From Candidatus Woesebacteria bacterium RBG_13_46_13 (GTDB lineage Bacteria > Patescibacteriota > Microgenomatia > UBA8517), in NCBI GenBank assembly GCA_001791995.1, contig MGFR01000001.1:78880-142879 (forward strand): a DNA stretch of 64,000 bases, written 5' to 3'. How positions within the stretch are numbered: the first letter of the stretch is position 1; each line of letters begins with the position of its first letter. This document shows, piece after piece, positions 27,653-36,708 of this stretch. Below the pieces are notes generated by a model. It was not told the origin of the DNA, did not search any database, and worked only from the letters and a program-made list of their open reading frames with translations. The position numbers and the translations under genes are program-made.

Positions 27653-28327
27653 TTAACCACGGCAAAGCGTCAAACCCCTGACTTTTTTAACCCCCTTTTG
27701 CTTCAGCACGCTACAAGCCTCTTTAAGGGTGGAGCCCGTAGTCCAAACGTCGTCAAAGAGAATAACCGGCCTATTAAACGGGAAATGGTTTTCCTTTAAG
27801 GTAAAGGCTCCGCTGAGATTCAGTCTGCGTTGTTCTCTACTCAGGCCTGTTTGGGCAAGGGTCTTTTTGTCCTTGATTAGAAGCTTGGAACTAAAATCCC
27901 ATTTCATTAGGGAGGCCAGACGCTTGCCTACCTCCTCTGCCTGGTTAAAACCCCTCCAGTTTTTTCTGTCCTTATACACAGGAATCGGAACCAACAGCGC
28001 CTTTTTGGGAAAGGGGTTAAATCCCGAGCCAAGAGATTCGGCCGCATGGGAGGATAGCTCCCCGGCGATATCAAAAGCGAAACGGTATTTCATGGTCAAA
28101 ATCGCTTTCCTGACACCCCTTTTGTAACCCCAGAGGGAATAAAGCCCGTCGAGCCCTAAAGGTCTGCGGCAGGAAGGGTGCGTCTTTCCAGAGATAGAGG
28201 CTTTGAAGCAAATAGGGCAGATTTGCATTTCCAGACTCTCTTTGGCCAGACAAGCCGCACAGAGGTAGGTTCCTTTTTTGCCACAGCCAAAGCAGGTTTT
28301 TGGGAAAATAATATCTAAGATATCCAT
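27653..28327 (-). CDS. comF: ComF-family competence protein
   Basis: CxxC zinc motifs, RGFNQAE, LFDDVWTTGSTL PRTase motif. Confidence 0.92.
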   Translation of the reverse strand: MDILDIIFPKTCFGCGKKGTYLCAACLAKESLEMQICPICFKASISGKTHPSCRRPLGLDGLYSLWGYKRGVRKAILTMKYRFAFDIAGELSSHAAESLGSGFNPFPKKALLVPIPVYKDRKNWRGFNQAEEVGKRLASLMKWDFSSKLLIKDKKTLAQTGLSREQRRLNLSGAFTLKENHFPFNRPVILFDDVWTTGSTLKEACSVLKQKGVKKVRGLTLCRG

Positions 28328-28347
28328 ATCGGATATAATTGGGGTGT

Positions 28348-28776
28348 ATGCATATTATCAACAAAAAGGCGAGGTTTGGCTATAAGCTTGGAGAGGATAA
28401 GGTCGAAGCGGGGATTTCCCTTTCCGGAGGTGAGGCCAAGGCGGTCAGAACGGGACACGCCGACCTGACCCAATCTGTGGCCAGAGTCTTAAACGGCGAG
28501 GCTTATCTGATTAATGCCAATATTCCCGTGGCCGGGGCCAAGAACTACGTTTCAACCCGAACCAGAAGGCTGCTGTTGCACAAAGCAGAAATCCTTTCCC
28601 TCTCAACTAAAGCCAAACAGCAAAAATTGACTTTCGTGCCTACGAGACTGTATACTAAGGGCCACCTGATCAAGCTTGAGCTTGCTTTGGGCAAGCCTAA
28701 GGCCAAATTCGAAAAGAAAGAGGCCACCAAGCGCAAGGACATTCAGCGCGAGCTTGAGAGGGAGTTAAAAGTTTAG
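28348..28776 (+). CDS. smpB: SsrA-binding protein
   Basis: NKKARFGY, EAGISLSGGEAKAVR, RTRRLLLHK; directly upstream of tmRNA. Confidence 0.93.
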   Translation: MHIINKKARFGYKLGEDKVEAGISLSGGEAKAVRTGHADLTQSVARVLNGEAYLINANIPVAGAKNYVSTRTRRLLLHKAEILSLSTKAKQQKLTFVPTRLYTKGHLIKLELALGKPKAKFEKKEATKRKDIQRELERELKV

Positions 28777-29131
28777 GGGGCGACCGGTTTCGACGGAAAG
28801 TACTTTAAAAAACTGCAAGCCAAGTTCGATTCACACTTGTCAAAAGGAATCAAAAACAAGCGTCAACTCACAAAGTTACGCTGTAGCCTACGCTTAAAAA
28901 ACGTTTTTAGGTTACTGTTCTTTCGGAGGCGCCTCTTGACCGCGCCGGAAGGGCATAAACCAGTCAAGATGCCGTATCCATCTTTGGTTTGGGCTGGATA
29001 CCCAAGACACTAAACCTTACTTCAGTCAATTTTGTTGTCTTTCTACCTGAAGGAAAATTTAAGGACAACTAAGCTTGTAGTAGTTTTTTAGAAATATTTT
29101 TCGGACGAGGGTTCAATTCCCTCCGCCTCCA
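28776..29131 (+). ncRNA. ssrA: tmRNA
   Basis: 5' GGGGGCG...TTCGAC and 3' GGGTTCAATTCCCTCCGCCTCCA with G3:U Ala identity; tag frame 28862-28897 VNSQSYAVAYA*. Confidence 0.92.
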
Positions 29132-29147
29132 CAAAAGTGTAGTTGGG

Positions 29148-31061
29148 TCAAAGGTGTTTTAGCTCGATTGAGTAAACCTTGCTTCCTCCAAGCAGAATAA
29201 TCTTTTTGTCTTTCTCGCTAACCGCTATATCCGTGGCCTCAGAAATCTTATCGGCGATGTATTGGGCTTTATAGGCTCCCTTCTTGTCCAAAACCAGCAC
29301 CCTTCTTCCTTGTTTATCCAAAATATAGACAAAGCCCAAGGTCTCGTTAGTGTAGATTGCATCGGCCGAGGTAATTTCGGGATAAATTCCCGACAAAGAA
29401 ACGCTTTGCGGACTACCCTGGGTAAATTTGAGTATTCTCCCGCTTTTGGTCAGTACCCAGATTGAGCCATCTATGCTTAAGGAATTCACGTTTGAAAAAT
29501 CCGGGGTAACCCCAGGCCCAAGCCATTTTTGCTTTGAGGAGAACGTCTCTCCCGTTCCAGGGAACCTCCATATCATGCCCGCACCCTTTTCCAGCATGTA
29601 GAGATTGCCGGCATAGGCATACGGTAAGACCTCTCCTTCCCAATCCTTGGCAAGCGCTTCTGTCCTTTTTGTCCCAACTTCGTAAAGTCCGTCTTGGGTG
29701 AGGATAAAAACTCTATCTTCATACGAAGCAACGGTTATCGCACCCTCGACCTGCTCGGGACCGGCAACCACTTCCGTTTTCTTTGTGGAAAGGGATACCC
29801 CAACTACCTTTTTGCCGTTTTTGTCCAGGATAAATATCTTCTCGGATGAGCCGGATAAATCATCGCCCGTCAATCCGTCGCTTAAGATGGATAAATCCAG
29901 ATAAAGTTGGGGTTCAACCTTATATTCCCCCAAAATTCCCCCCTGGTTTGCATCCAGCTTGGCCAAAAGTTCACTCAAGGCCGGGTCTTTAATCCCTTCG
30001 GCCTTTAAAGCTTCGGCCGTGTTTTTACTTTGGGTAAAAAGCTCTCTGGCCCTGTCTGCATTTAACCCAGCCAGACCCACCGCTTCATCTATCTGATGCT
30101 GGGCCTGTGTCAGCCGGTCCTGATATTTACCCCTTGCTTCCTTGATACTCTTCTGCCTGATACCGAAGCCGATGCTAATAAACAAGATTGCCAAAAGAAT
30201 TATGCCCACCGTGAGGGTCGTCTTTTTCGAGCTGGGTTGCACCTCTTCTTCCTGGCCGCCCCGGACATAGATTCTTCTTTCGGGCAGCCTTTTGCTTAGG
30301 ACTGATTCTATCTTGGCAAGAAAACCCCCAAAAAGCCGCCTGGCACCCGTAACTGCACTCCCTAATTTGTCGCTCCGAACGGGGCTTAAATTCTCCCGGA
30401 CGTCCTCTTTTCGAGGTGTTTCTTTGACAAAAACGGTTTCTTTTTCAAACTTAATGATTGCCGCTCCTAAGTTGCCGTTCTCGGCTTTGGCGTGGACCGA
30501 AGGGGCCAGACTTTCGGCGGCCAGGCCCGGCTCACCGGATTCCAGGGAGGCCTTAATTATTCCGTTGGGGATAGCTTCAAAAAAGCGTTTGGTGCCCAAG
30601 AGTAAGATATCTCTGTCTTTGGGGTATCCCGAGGCCGAAACCACCTCTCCTTGGGCGCTCTCTAAAATCTTGGCCAGCATTCCGTTCCTGAATATCGCCA
30701 CCTGCCCCCCGTCACCCACCGCCGAATAGACAACCTTGTCCAGAATGGCCACGGCGGCAATTTCCACTTCTCCCCAGGTGCCTTTAAATTCCGCAATCAC
30801 TTTCTCAACCGCACTTTTAAGCACATTAAAAGATTCCCCTTCTTCCTTACCGAAATATTCTTCATGCAGTCTGGCCAGAAGTTCCCGGCCGGCGATGACG
30901 CTATCTACACCCTCTTCGTGTCTACCTGTGGCTATAACCGCAAATAAGTGTCCCCTTGAGGTGAGTTTGTCGGGCTCTTCGGGTTTGTACTCATGAACTT
31001 GGGCCCAGCCGGAGCTGCCTGGGTTACCGGTCAGTTTTGCCGAAGTGATTGCAAAAGGCAT
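29148..31061 (-). CDS. Bitopic protein: degenerate PP2C-like N-terminus, TM, extracellular beta-propeller
   Basis: HLFAVI...LHEEYF...AVGDGG...ILLLGT; TM near aa 285; repeated IFILD/LYMLE/IWVL/VYILD blades. Confidence 0.7.
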   Translation of the reverse strand: MPFAITSAKLTGNPGSSGWAQVHEYKPEEPDKLTSRGHLFAVIATGRHEEGVDSVIAGRELLARLHEEYFGKEEGESFNVLKSAVEKVIAEFKGTWGEVEIAAVAILDKVVYSAVGDGGQVAIFRNGMLAKILESAQGEVVSASGYPKDRDILLLGTKRFFEAIPNGIIKASLESGEPGLAAESLAPSVHAKAENGNLGAAIIKFEKETVFVKETPRKEDVRENLSPVRSDKLGSAVTGARRLFGGFLAKIESVLSKRLPERRIYVRGGQEEEVQPSSKKTTLTVGIILLAILFISIGFGIRQKSIKEARGKYQDRLTQAQHQIDEAVGLAGLNADRARELFTQSKNTAEALKAEGIKDPALSELLAKLDANQGGILGEYKVEPQLYLDLSILSDGLTGDDLSGSSEKIFILDKNGKKVVGVSLSTKKTEVVAGPEQVEGAITVASYEDRVFILTQDGLYEVGTKRTEALAKDWEGEVLPYAYAGNLYMLEKGAGMIWRFPGTGETFSSKQKWLGPGVTPDFSNVNSLSIDGSIWVLTKSGRILKFTQGSPQSVSLSGIYPEITSADAIYTNETLGFVYILDKQGRRVLVLDKKGAYKAQYIADKISEATDIAVSEKDKKIILLGGSKVYSIELKHL

Positions 31062-31079
31062 AAGCCTATGCGCTTTGTA

Positions 31080-31304
31080 CTACAAAATTAGCAAAGCTGC
31101 AAGCAAAACCACAATCGCAAAGACCAGATGGGCATAGGCAAAGAGTTTTATTGGCGCTTCAAATCCGACTTTTAAGGTTTCCGTCATCAGCTGGACTTGT
31201 CTGACAACCACTACGGCAAAAACCAAATAAATGACCAGGGCAATCACCACAAATATTTTGATGATTAGCCAAATAGAAATACCGATCAAAGGAATTGTCT
31301 CCAT
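31080..31304 (-). CDS. Small two-TM protein (DUF5657-like)
   Basis: IYLVFAVVVVRQVQLMTETL...YAHL pattern. Confidence 0.7.
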   Translation of the reverse strand: METIPLIGISIWLIIKIFVVIALVIYLVFAVVVVRQVQLMTETLKVGFEAPIKLFAYAHLVFAIVVLLAALLIL

Positions 31305-31305
31305 A

Positions 31306-31962
31306 TCAGTCTTTGGCTTTCTTCTCCTCCATTCTGATGTCCTGTAAAATCTTGGCAACCTTGTCCGGCCAAGGGATCGCTTGAAACCTTAAATTTTCCA
31401 GCTCCGCCGCTGTTTGAATTAAAACATCTCCGTAATTAAAAATAGCCCTACCAACCCCCCCTACGGAATAAGTAACGTCCTGAATCTTATCCAAACTGGC
31501 GTCCGTTACCTCTTTATAGATAAGATTGTAAAAATCTATATCCAGCACCCTCTCGTTGGTGATAATAAAAATGTCGTAATACCAGACAACGAATTTTTCC
31601 AAGACAAAGGCAAAGCTGACCATATACCAACCCAATACCGCGACGAACTGGAAGCGCGCCGGAAGAAAAGAAAGAAAGGGAAAGACGGTTAGGATAACGG
31701 GGGCCAAAAGCATCAAGGCCCCAACCATAATCCAAGTCAGGTTGGTAACGGGATGCCTTCTTAAAAGCAGGATTATCTTCTCTTCCTTTTCCCTATTTTC
31801 GAAGGTTACGTTGTCGGGAAAGTAGCTATATGAAGCCAGGGGGTTATGGGTATGGCCCGTGAGCCTTTCTCTTTGGGTCGCGGTTTTTGGTTCCGGAAAA
31901 ACACTGGGGGTGGGCGCAGGAGAGTCTTTTTCTTCGCTATCCGTGATGAAGATATCCGGCAT
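31306..31962 (-). CDS. Membrane protein with bacterial PH domain
   Basis: LRRHP, two TMs, IITNERVLDIDF...IQDV...FNYGDVLIQTA. Confidence 0.8.
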   Translation of the reverse strand: MPDIFITDSEEKDSPAPTPSVFPEPKTATQRERLTGHTHNPLASYSYFPDNVTFENREKEEKIILLLRRHPVTNLTWIMVGALMLLAPVILTVFPFLSFLPARFQFVAVLGWYMVSFAFVLEKFVVWYYDIFIITNERVLDIDFYNLIYKEVTDASLDKIQDVTYSVGGVGRAIFNYGDVLIQTAAELENLRFQAIPWPDKVAKILQDIRMEEKKAKD

Positions 31963-31998
31963 CTCCCCGATTATATAACATAATCGCTAAATTCTAAA

Positions 31999-33738
31999 TT
32001 AAAGCTTTTCGATGTTGAAAAGTGAGCTTTTCAAACCGATGTAGCCTGGGGCCCGCAGGTTAAAAGCTTCCTTAAAGGCACTCCCGGAAACGCTTTCGGA
32101 TCCTTTGTTGGTTTGGAAGGTGACGTTTAGGGTTGACCCGTCGTTGCCGTAGGTTACCGAAACCGAGGATACGCTGGTAAAGCCACCTATGCCCCGCAGG
32201 TCAGAAAGGGAATAGGGGTTTCCCCCCCAACAGCCGGTATCCACCGGTGAAATTCTCGATTTATCTCCGCCCTTGCCGTCCAAGACGTATCTGGCGTTTA
32301 AGATGTCTGCCATCTCTTCGCTCGTCAGCCAGGGATTACTTCTGCCGCAGGAAGCGCCGCCCCGGCTTTTGTACCAACCTTTATAGAACCAGGGAGAACC
32401 TCCCTTTTTATCCCAAGCGTTTCCCGGCCAACCATCTTTGCCGCCGTCCGCGTCCCATTGTCCGGGGGTGGAGTGACCCAATGAGCTATACGAGAGGGTA
32501 TAGCCTCCAGCGGTTGATGCATACCAGGAATTAACCACCTCGTTGGCGGAATTACTGACCAAGATTTTTCCCCGTGTTGCATCCACCGCTTCTTTCCATT
32601 TACCACCACTATCCGCCTTCGAGGATTTCCAGACCTGACAGGCCTCGGTCACGCAGATTGACCCCCCTGCATTTTGATTTCCCATTCTCCAGCCGACATA
32701 TGACAGGGCATAGCTTCTGGCGGCAATGGCCTGGGCCTTAAGAGCCTCCATGCCCCCTTGGTCTCCCCAGCTGGCGGGCATTTCCGCAATTCCGGGTATA
32801 TATCTTGCCTCAAAATCCATGGCTCCGGCAGAAGTTCTGATGGTGAGTGATGTATTAACATCAACGACCCTGACATCCCCGTAATAGGCCCTGAGGATCG
32901 CCTCGTAGTTTTGCCCAGCACGGGCTCTGCCGAAAGCCCCGTATTGGCTCATGCCTTTTCTGTGGGGAGCCCCAAAAGAAAATGCTCCAAAGGCCGGGGA
33001 AAAACCGGGACTGCAAAAATTGGACGAGCCGGGAGGACCGGAACAGGGCTCCAGGCTCGGGGGAACATCTCCCACCGAAGTTTGGAAACCTCCCTCCTTA
33101 AGGGCTTTAAGTTCGCTTTGCTTTGCCGAGAGGGAAGAAATATAAGTTTCCACTTTGGCTACCTCTCCCTCCAAAAATTTATATTGTTCATTTACTTTTT
33201 TCTGTGCGGCCGCGAGGGAGGTCTGGGATTTTTCGAGAGTTGCTTTGTCGTTTTTAAGCTTTATCAAATCCTCCGCGTATTTGACCATGGTTTTTCGGTC
33301 TTCATCCGCGGCTTTTTGCCTGAAGTTTATTTCCCTAAATGCCGTTGCCGCATCCGAGGAAAGAAAAGGCAGAAGGGGATCATAAAGTCTCAGGAATTTG
33401 TAATGGTTATTGGTCTTTTCCTCAAAAATGGCCTGGGCGAACGCCAGGTCTTCCTCCCTTCCCGCAATCTCTCCCTGGAGTTTCTTAAGCTGACTGGAAA
33501 TTGAAGCTAGACGCTTGTTCAAATCGTCCAGCTGTTTTTTAAGCCCGGCCAACTCCTCTTTATTTTTTTCATGCGCTGGGGCAAGAGCATCTATTTCTCT
33601 CTGGATTTCTGTAATCTGACAATCGTAGTCGGTGGCGGGACAGTTGGTTGCTTGAACAATCTGGGTCGTAAATGAGCGAGAAACAGCAAATAGCGAGATG
33701 GCGAAAAGAATAATTATTAACAAACTTCTAAGTCGCAT
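31999..33738 (-). CDS. SpoIID/LytB-domain peptidoglycan lytic protein with N-terminal coiled coil
   Basis: Signal peptide, coiled coil, HRKGMSQYGA, EMP.SW..EALKAQAIAARSY, CQV. Confidence 0.85.
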   Translation of the reverse strand: MRLRSLLIIILFAISLFAVSRSFTTQIVQATNCPATDYDCQITEIQREIDALAPAHEKNKEELAGLKKQLDDLNKRLASISSQLKKLQGEIAGREEDLAFAQAIFEEKTNNHYKFLRLYDPLLPFLSSDAATAFREINFRQKAADEDRKTMVKYAEDLIKLKNDKATLEKSQTSLAAAQKKVNEQYKFLEGEVAKVETYISSLSAKQSELKALKEGGFQTSVGDVPPSLEPCSGPPGSSNFCSPGFSPAFGAFSFGAPHRKGMSQYGAFGRARAGQNYEAILRAYYGDVRVVDVNTSLTIRTSAGAMDFEARYIPGIAEMPASWGDQGGMEALKAQAIAARSYALSYVGWRMGNQNAGGSICVTEACQVWKSSKADSGGKWKEAVDATRGKILVSNSANEVVNSWYASTAGGYTLSYSSLGHSTPGQWDADGGKDGWPGNAWDKKGGSPWFYKGWYKSRGGASCGRSNPWLTSEEMADILNARYVLDGKGGDKSRISPVDTGCWGGNPYSLSDLRGIGGFTSVSSVSVTYGNDGSTLNVTFQTNKGSESVSGSAFKEAFNLRAPGYIGLKSSLFNIEKL

Positions 33739-33793
33739 AGTTTTCATTATAACAAGGATTAACTGAAAAGCTGCTTTGTGCTAAACTCAAACC

Positions 33794-34312
33794 GTGAAGA
33801 AAATACTTTTGGCCGCTGCCTTATTTTTGTTTCTTTGGATCGTCTTTCCGCCCCCGGCTTCTGCCGGTCCAACCTGTACTAATCTCGGCGGAAGTTGTAA
33901 GACAAGTTGTTCTTCCAGTGAACAAGACGGCGGCTTATCGGATTGTACAAGAAACCCCAGGGGTCCATCCGAAAAATGCTGTATTCCGGGACAAGCTGTG
34001 GGGCCAACGGCCGGTTGTTCTGATGGAGAATCTATAAATACTGCGATAGGCTGTATCCCGGTTGGAAACACTAATGCGTTTATTGGCTTTATACTGCGCT
34101 GGGCAATAGGGGTTGGTGGGGGAATCGCTTTTCTTTTAATTCTTTACGCCGGCTTTATGATCATGACCTCTTCCGGAAACCCGGATAGGCTTAAGGCGGG
34201 ACAGGAGCTGATGACCTCGGCAATTGCGGGTATAATCATGCTTATCTTTTCTGTATTTGTACTAAGAGTTATCGGAGTTGATATACTAAAACTGCCCGGT
34301 TTTGGAGATTAG
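33794..34312 (+). CDS. TrbC/VirB2-like pilin 1 with Cys-rich N-terminal domain
   Basis: Signal peptide, Cys-rich segment, NTAIGCIP, AGFMIMTSSGNPDRLKAGQELMTSAIAG. Confidence 0.8.
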   Translation: MKKILLAAALFLFLWIVFPPPASAGPTCTNLGGSCKTSCSSSEQDGGLSDCTRNPRGPSEKCCIPGQAVGPTAGCSDGESINTAIGCIPVGNTNAFIGFILRWAIGVGGGIAFLLILYAGFMIMTSSGNPDRLKAGQELMTSAIAGIIMLIFSVFVLRVIGVDILKLPGFGD

Positions 34313-34314
34313 AA

Positions 34315-34635
34315 ATGCTTGCACAACTTGATTCGTCAGCCTTACAAGATCTGGAAGAAACCGCTTCCCCAAATTTTGCCGGAGGGAAAATCGGAGATAT
34401 CATCACCAACCTCCTTCCCTACCTTTTTGCTGGGGCCGGGCTTTTGTTGCTCCTTTTTCTTCTCTACGGGGGCATAAGCCTAATGCTTTCGCGGGGAGAC
34501 CCCAAGGCTGTTCAGTCCGCAAAGGATAAAATAACTGGGGCCATTGTTGGTTTTGTGATAGTCTTTTTCGCTTACTGGATCGTCCAAATTGTAGGCAAGA
34601 TTCTAGGCATAGAATCGATTGTCCAAATCTTCTAA
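34315..34635 (+). CDS. TrbC/VirB2-like pilin 2
   Basis: GGISLMLSRGDPKAVQSAKDKITGAIVG helical hairpin motif. Confidence 0.8.
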   Translation: MLAQLDSSALQDLEETASPNFAGGKIGDIITNLLPYLFAGAGLLLLLFLLYGGISLMLSRGDPKAVQSAKDKITGAIVGFVIVFFAYWIVQIVGKILGIESIVQIF

Positions 34636-34677
34636 CCCTCTTTTGAGTGTATTCCTTTTTTCTGCTAAACTAGAGCC

Positions 34678-34983
34678 GTGAATCATCTTGCTATTGATAT
34701 AGGTGCATCCTTCGGGTCGCCTTTTAGTGAAATCACAAGTGTCGGCGGGCTTGTTTCCACAATCGTTAATCTCGCTTTGGTTGTTGCTGGTCTTATCTTT
34801 CTTGTCATGTTTGTCGTGGGGGGGATAGGTATTATTTCCGGAGCTGGAAGCGATAGCCCGGAGAAGGCCGCAAAAGGAAAACAGGCAATAACAACTGCCG
34901 TAATTGGCTTTGTGGTTGTATTTGCAGCTTATTGGATAGTAAAATTGATTGAAGTCATAACCGGAATTTCAATATTGGGATGA
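34678..34983 (+). CDS. TrbC/VirB2-like pilin 3
   Basis: GGIGIISGAGSDSPEKAAKGKQAITTAVIG. Confidence 0.8.
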   Translation: MNHLAIDIGASFGSPFSEITSVGGLVSTIVNLALVVAGLIFLVMFVVGGIGIISGAGSDSPEKAAKGKQAITTAVIGFVVVFAAYWIVKLIEVITGISILG

Positions 34984-35336
34984 ACAAATTTCTCAGCTTA
35001 AATTCACCTTTCGGGTCGGTCAAGTTGCCTGACCAGATTACCGCAACTTACGGAACGGACGCCGGGGCCGCCATCGGCAAGTTTCTTAATTTTACTTTAA
35101 GGGCAATGATCGTCGGAGCGGGTGTCTATGCCCTTATCAACCTTTTGGTCGCGGGCTACTCTTTTATGGCCGCCGGGGAAGACCCCAAAAAGATTGCGGG
35201 GGCTTGGTCAAAGATTTGGCAAACTCTTTTGGGGCTGGCCTTCGCTGCCGGAGCATTTGTTTTGGCGGCAATTTTCGGACAGCTTATTTTCGGAGACCCA
35301 ACATTTATTCTTAATCCCAGAATTCCGACACCATGA
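34980..35336 (+). CDS. TrbC/VirB2-like pilin 4
   Basis: AGYSFMAAGEDPKKIAGAWSKIWQTLLG. Confidence 0.78.
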   Translation: MNKFLSLNSPFGSVKLPDQITATYGTDAGAAIGKFLNFTLRAMIVGAGVYALINLLVAGYSFMAAGEDPKKIAGAWSKIWQTLLGLAFAAGAFVLAAIFGQLIFGDPTFILNPRIPTP

Positions 35337-35686
35337 AACACTTAGCCGATATTGAGCTTGGTCCGCTTCGAGGCTTTGGTCCTTTGGGAAATCCGGAAGG
35401 AACGGGGGTCGCAACTTTCAGCAAATTTATCTCTACCATGATTGGTCTGATGACCATCATCGCCATTATTTGGTTTACCTTTGTTTTATTTACCGGGGCA
35501 ATTGCCATGATCAGCGCAGGGGGAGATAAGCAGGCTTTGGAATCTGCAAGAAAAAGAATCATTAACGGGCTTATAGGCCTGGTTGTAGTGATTGCGGCAA
35601 TTTTCATCCTCGATTTGGTCGGAAATATCTTTGGAATTCCTAACATTTTGAATTTCGGACAATTGTTTGAGCAGATTCAACAATAA
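35333..35686 (+). CDS. TrbC/VirB2-like pilin 5
   Basis: GAIAMISAGGDKQALESARKRIINGLIG. Confidence 0.8.
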   Translation: MKHLADIELGPLRGFGPLGNPEGTGVATFSKFISTMIGLMTIIAIIWFTFVLFTGAIAMISAGGDKQALESARKRIINGLIGLVVVIAAIFILDLVGNIFGIPNILNFGQLFEQIQQ

Positions 35687-36021
35687 TGCAACTCGCACAA
35701 GAAATTAATAACCCAGCACTGGGTCCCGCTCTTCAGGGGAAATCCGGAGCCGGATTTTTCCAGGCTTTTATCCCAAGCCTGGTGGGTATTGCCTTTGTAA
35801 TCGGGACCCTGGTTTTCTTTTTTGTAATGCTGGCCGGTGCCATCCAGTGGATTACCTCAGGGGGAGATAAGGCCGGACTTGAGGGAGCACGCGGTAAAAT
35901 AGTCAACGCACTGGTTGGTTTTATCGTCCTGCTTGCAACCTTTGCCCTACTGAAGGTAATTGAAGACTTTTTTGGAATCAATATTCTTACACTTGACATT
36001 GGACCTTTGCAAATTCAATAA
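35686..36021 (+). CDS. TrbC/VirB2-like pilin 6
   Basis: GAIQWITSGGDKAGLEGARGKIVNALVG. Confidence 0.8.
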   Translation: MQLAQEINNPALGPALQGKSGAGFFQAFIPSLVGIAFVIGTLVFFFVMLAGAIQWITSGGDKAGLEGARGKIVNALVGFIVLLATFALLKVIEDFFGINILTLDIGPLQIQ

Positions 36022-36026
36022 TATAG

Positions 36027-36362
36027 ATGATGTATAAATTGCTGGCGGCCACAGACATCAACCTCAAGCCAAGCGGACAATTCGGACAGTTGGGAAATCT
36101 CACAATCGGAGGAATCGTTTCCGGACTTATCAGGTTTGTTTTAGTGGTTGCGGCCTTGGTTTTCTTCTTTATTTTGGTCATCGGTGGCATCCGCTGGATC
36201 GCCTCCGGAGGAGATAAGGCCCAAACCGAAAATGCCAGAAATCAAATTACGGCGGCGCTGGTTGGCTTGGTCATCGTCTTTGCCGCCTGGGCGATAGTCC
36301 AGCTGATCAACACCTTCTTCGGAATTAACATCTTCGAGCTCTCGATTCCTACCGCTATCTAG
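36027..36362 (+). CDS. TrbC/VirB2-like pilin 7
   Basis: GGIRWIASGGDKAQTENARNQITAALVG. Confidence 0.8.
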   Translation: MMYKLLAATDINLKPSGQFGQLGNLTIGGIVSGLIRFVLVVAALVFFFILVIGGIRWIASGGDKAQTENARNQITAALVGLVIVFAAWAIVQLINTFFGINIFELSIPTAI

Positions 36363-36399
36363 GCTTGCTCTCCATACTTCATTGAGTTAAACTTTTGTT

Positions 36400-36702
36400 A
36401 TGAATGAAGGTTGTAATGCGATAACCAACGGTGTGGTTCAACTCCGCTATTTAGAGTGTGTTTTCGGAAATGTCGTAAATATCGCCCTGGCTTTTGCCGG
36501 AATCATCCTTTTTATCATGCTTATTTCCGGAGGATTTAAATACATTACCGCCGGAGGTGACCCTAAAGGCATCGAGGGAGCCAAAAAGACTCTGACTTAC
36601 GCTATCGGCGGGATTGTACTTATCGCCTTGTCGTTTCTGATACTTCAATTTATTAAACAATTCACGGGCGCCAATGTTACGGATTTTAAGATCTTCCAAT
36701 AA
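36400..36702 (+). CDS. TrbC/VirB2-like pilin 8
   Basis: GGFKYITAGGDPKGIEGAKKTLTYAIGG. Confidence 0.8.
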   Translation: MNEGCNAITNGVVQLRYLECVFGNVVNIALAFAGIILFIMLISGGFKYITAGGDPKGIEGAKKTLTYAIGGIVLIALSFLILQFIKQFTGANVTDFKIFQ

Positions 36703-36708
36703 TGAAGT

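Noticed and set aside
33794-36702. Pilin array as a DGR target or recombinational antigenic-variation cassette
   Set aside because: No near-identical DNA repeats, reverse transcriptase or invertase seen; paralogs are highly diverged and intact
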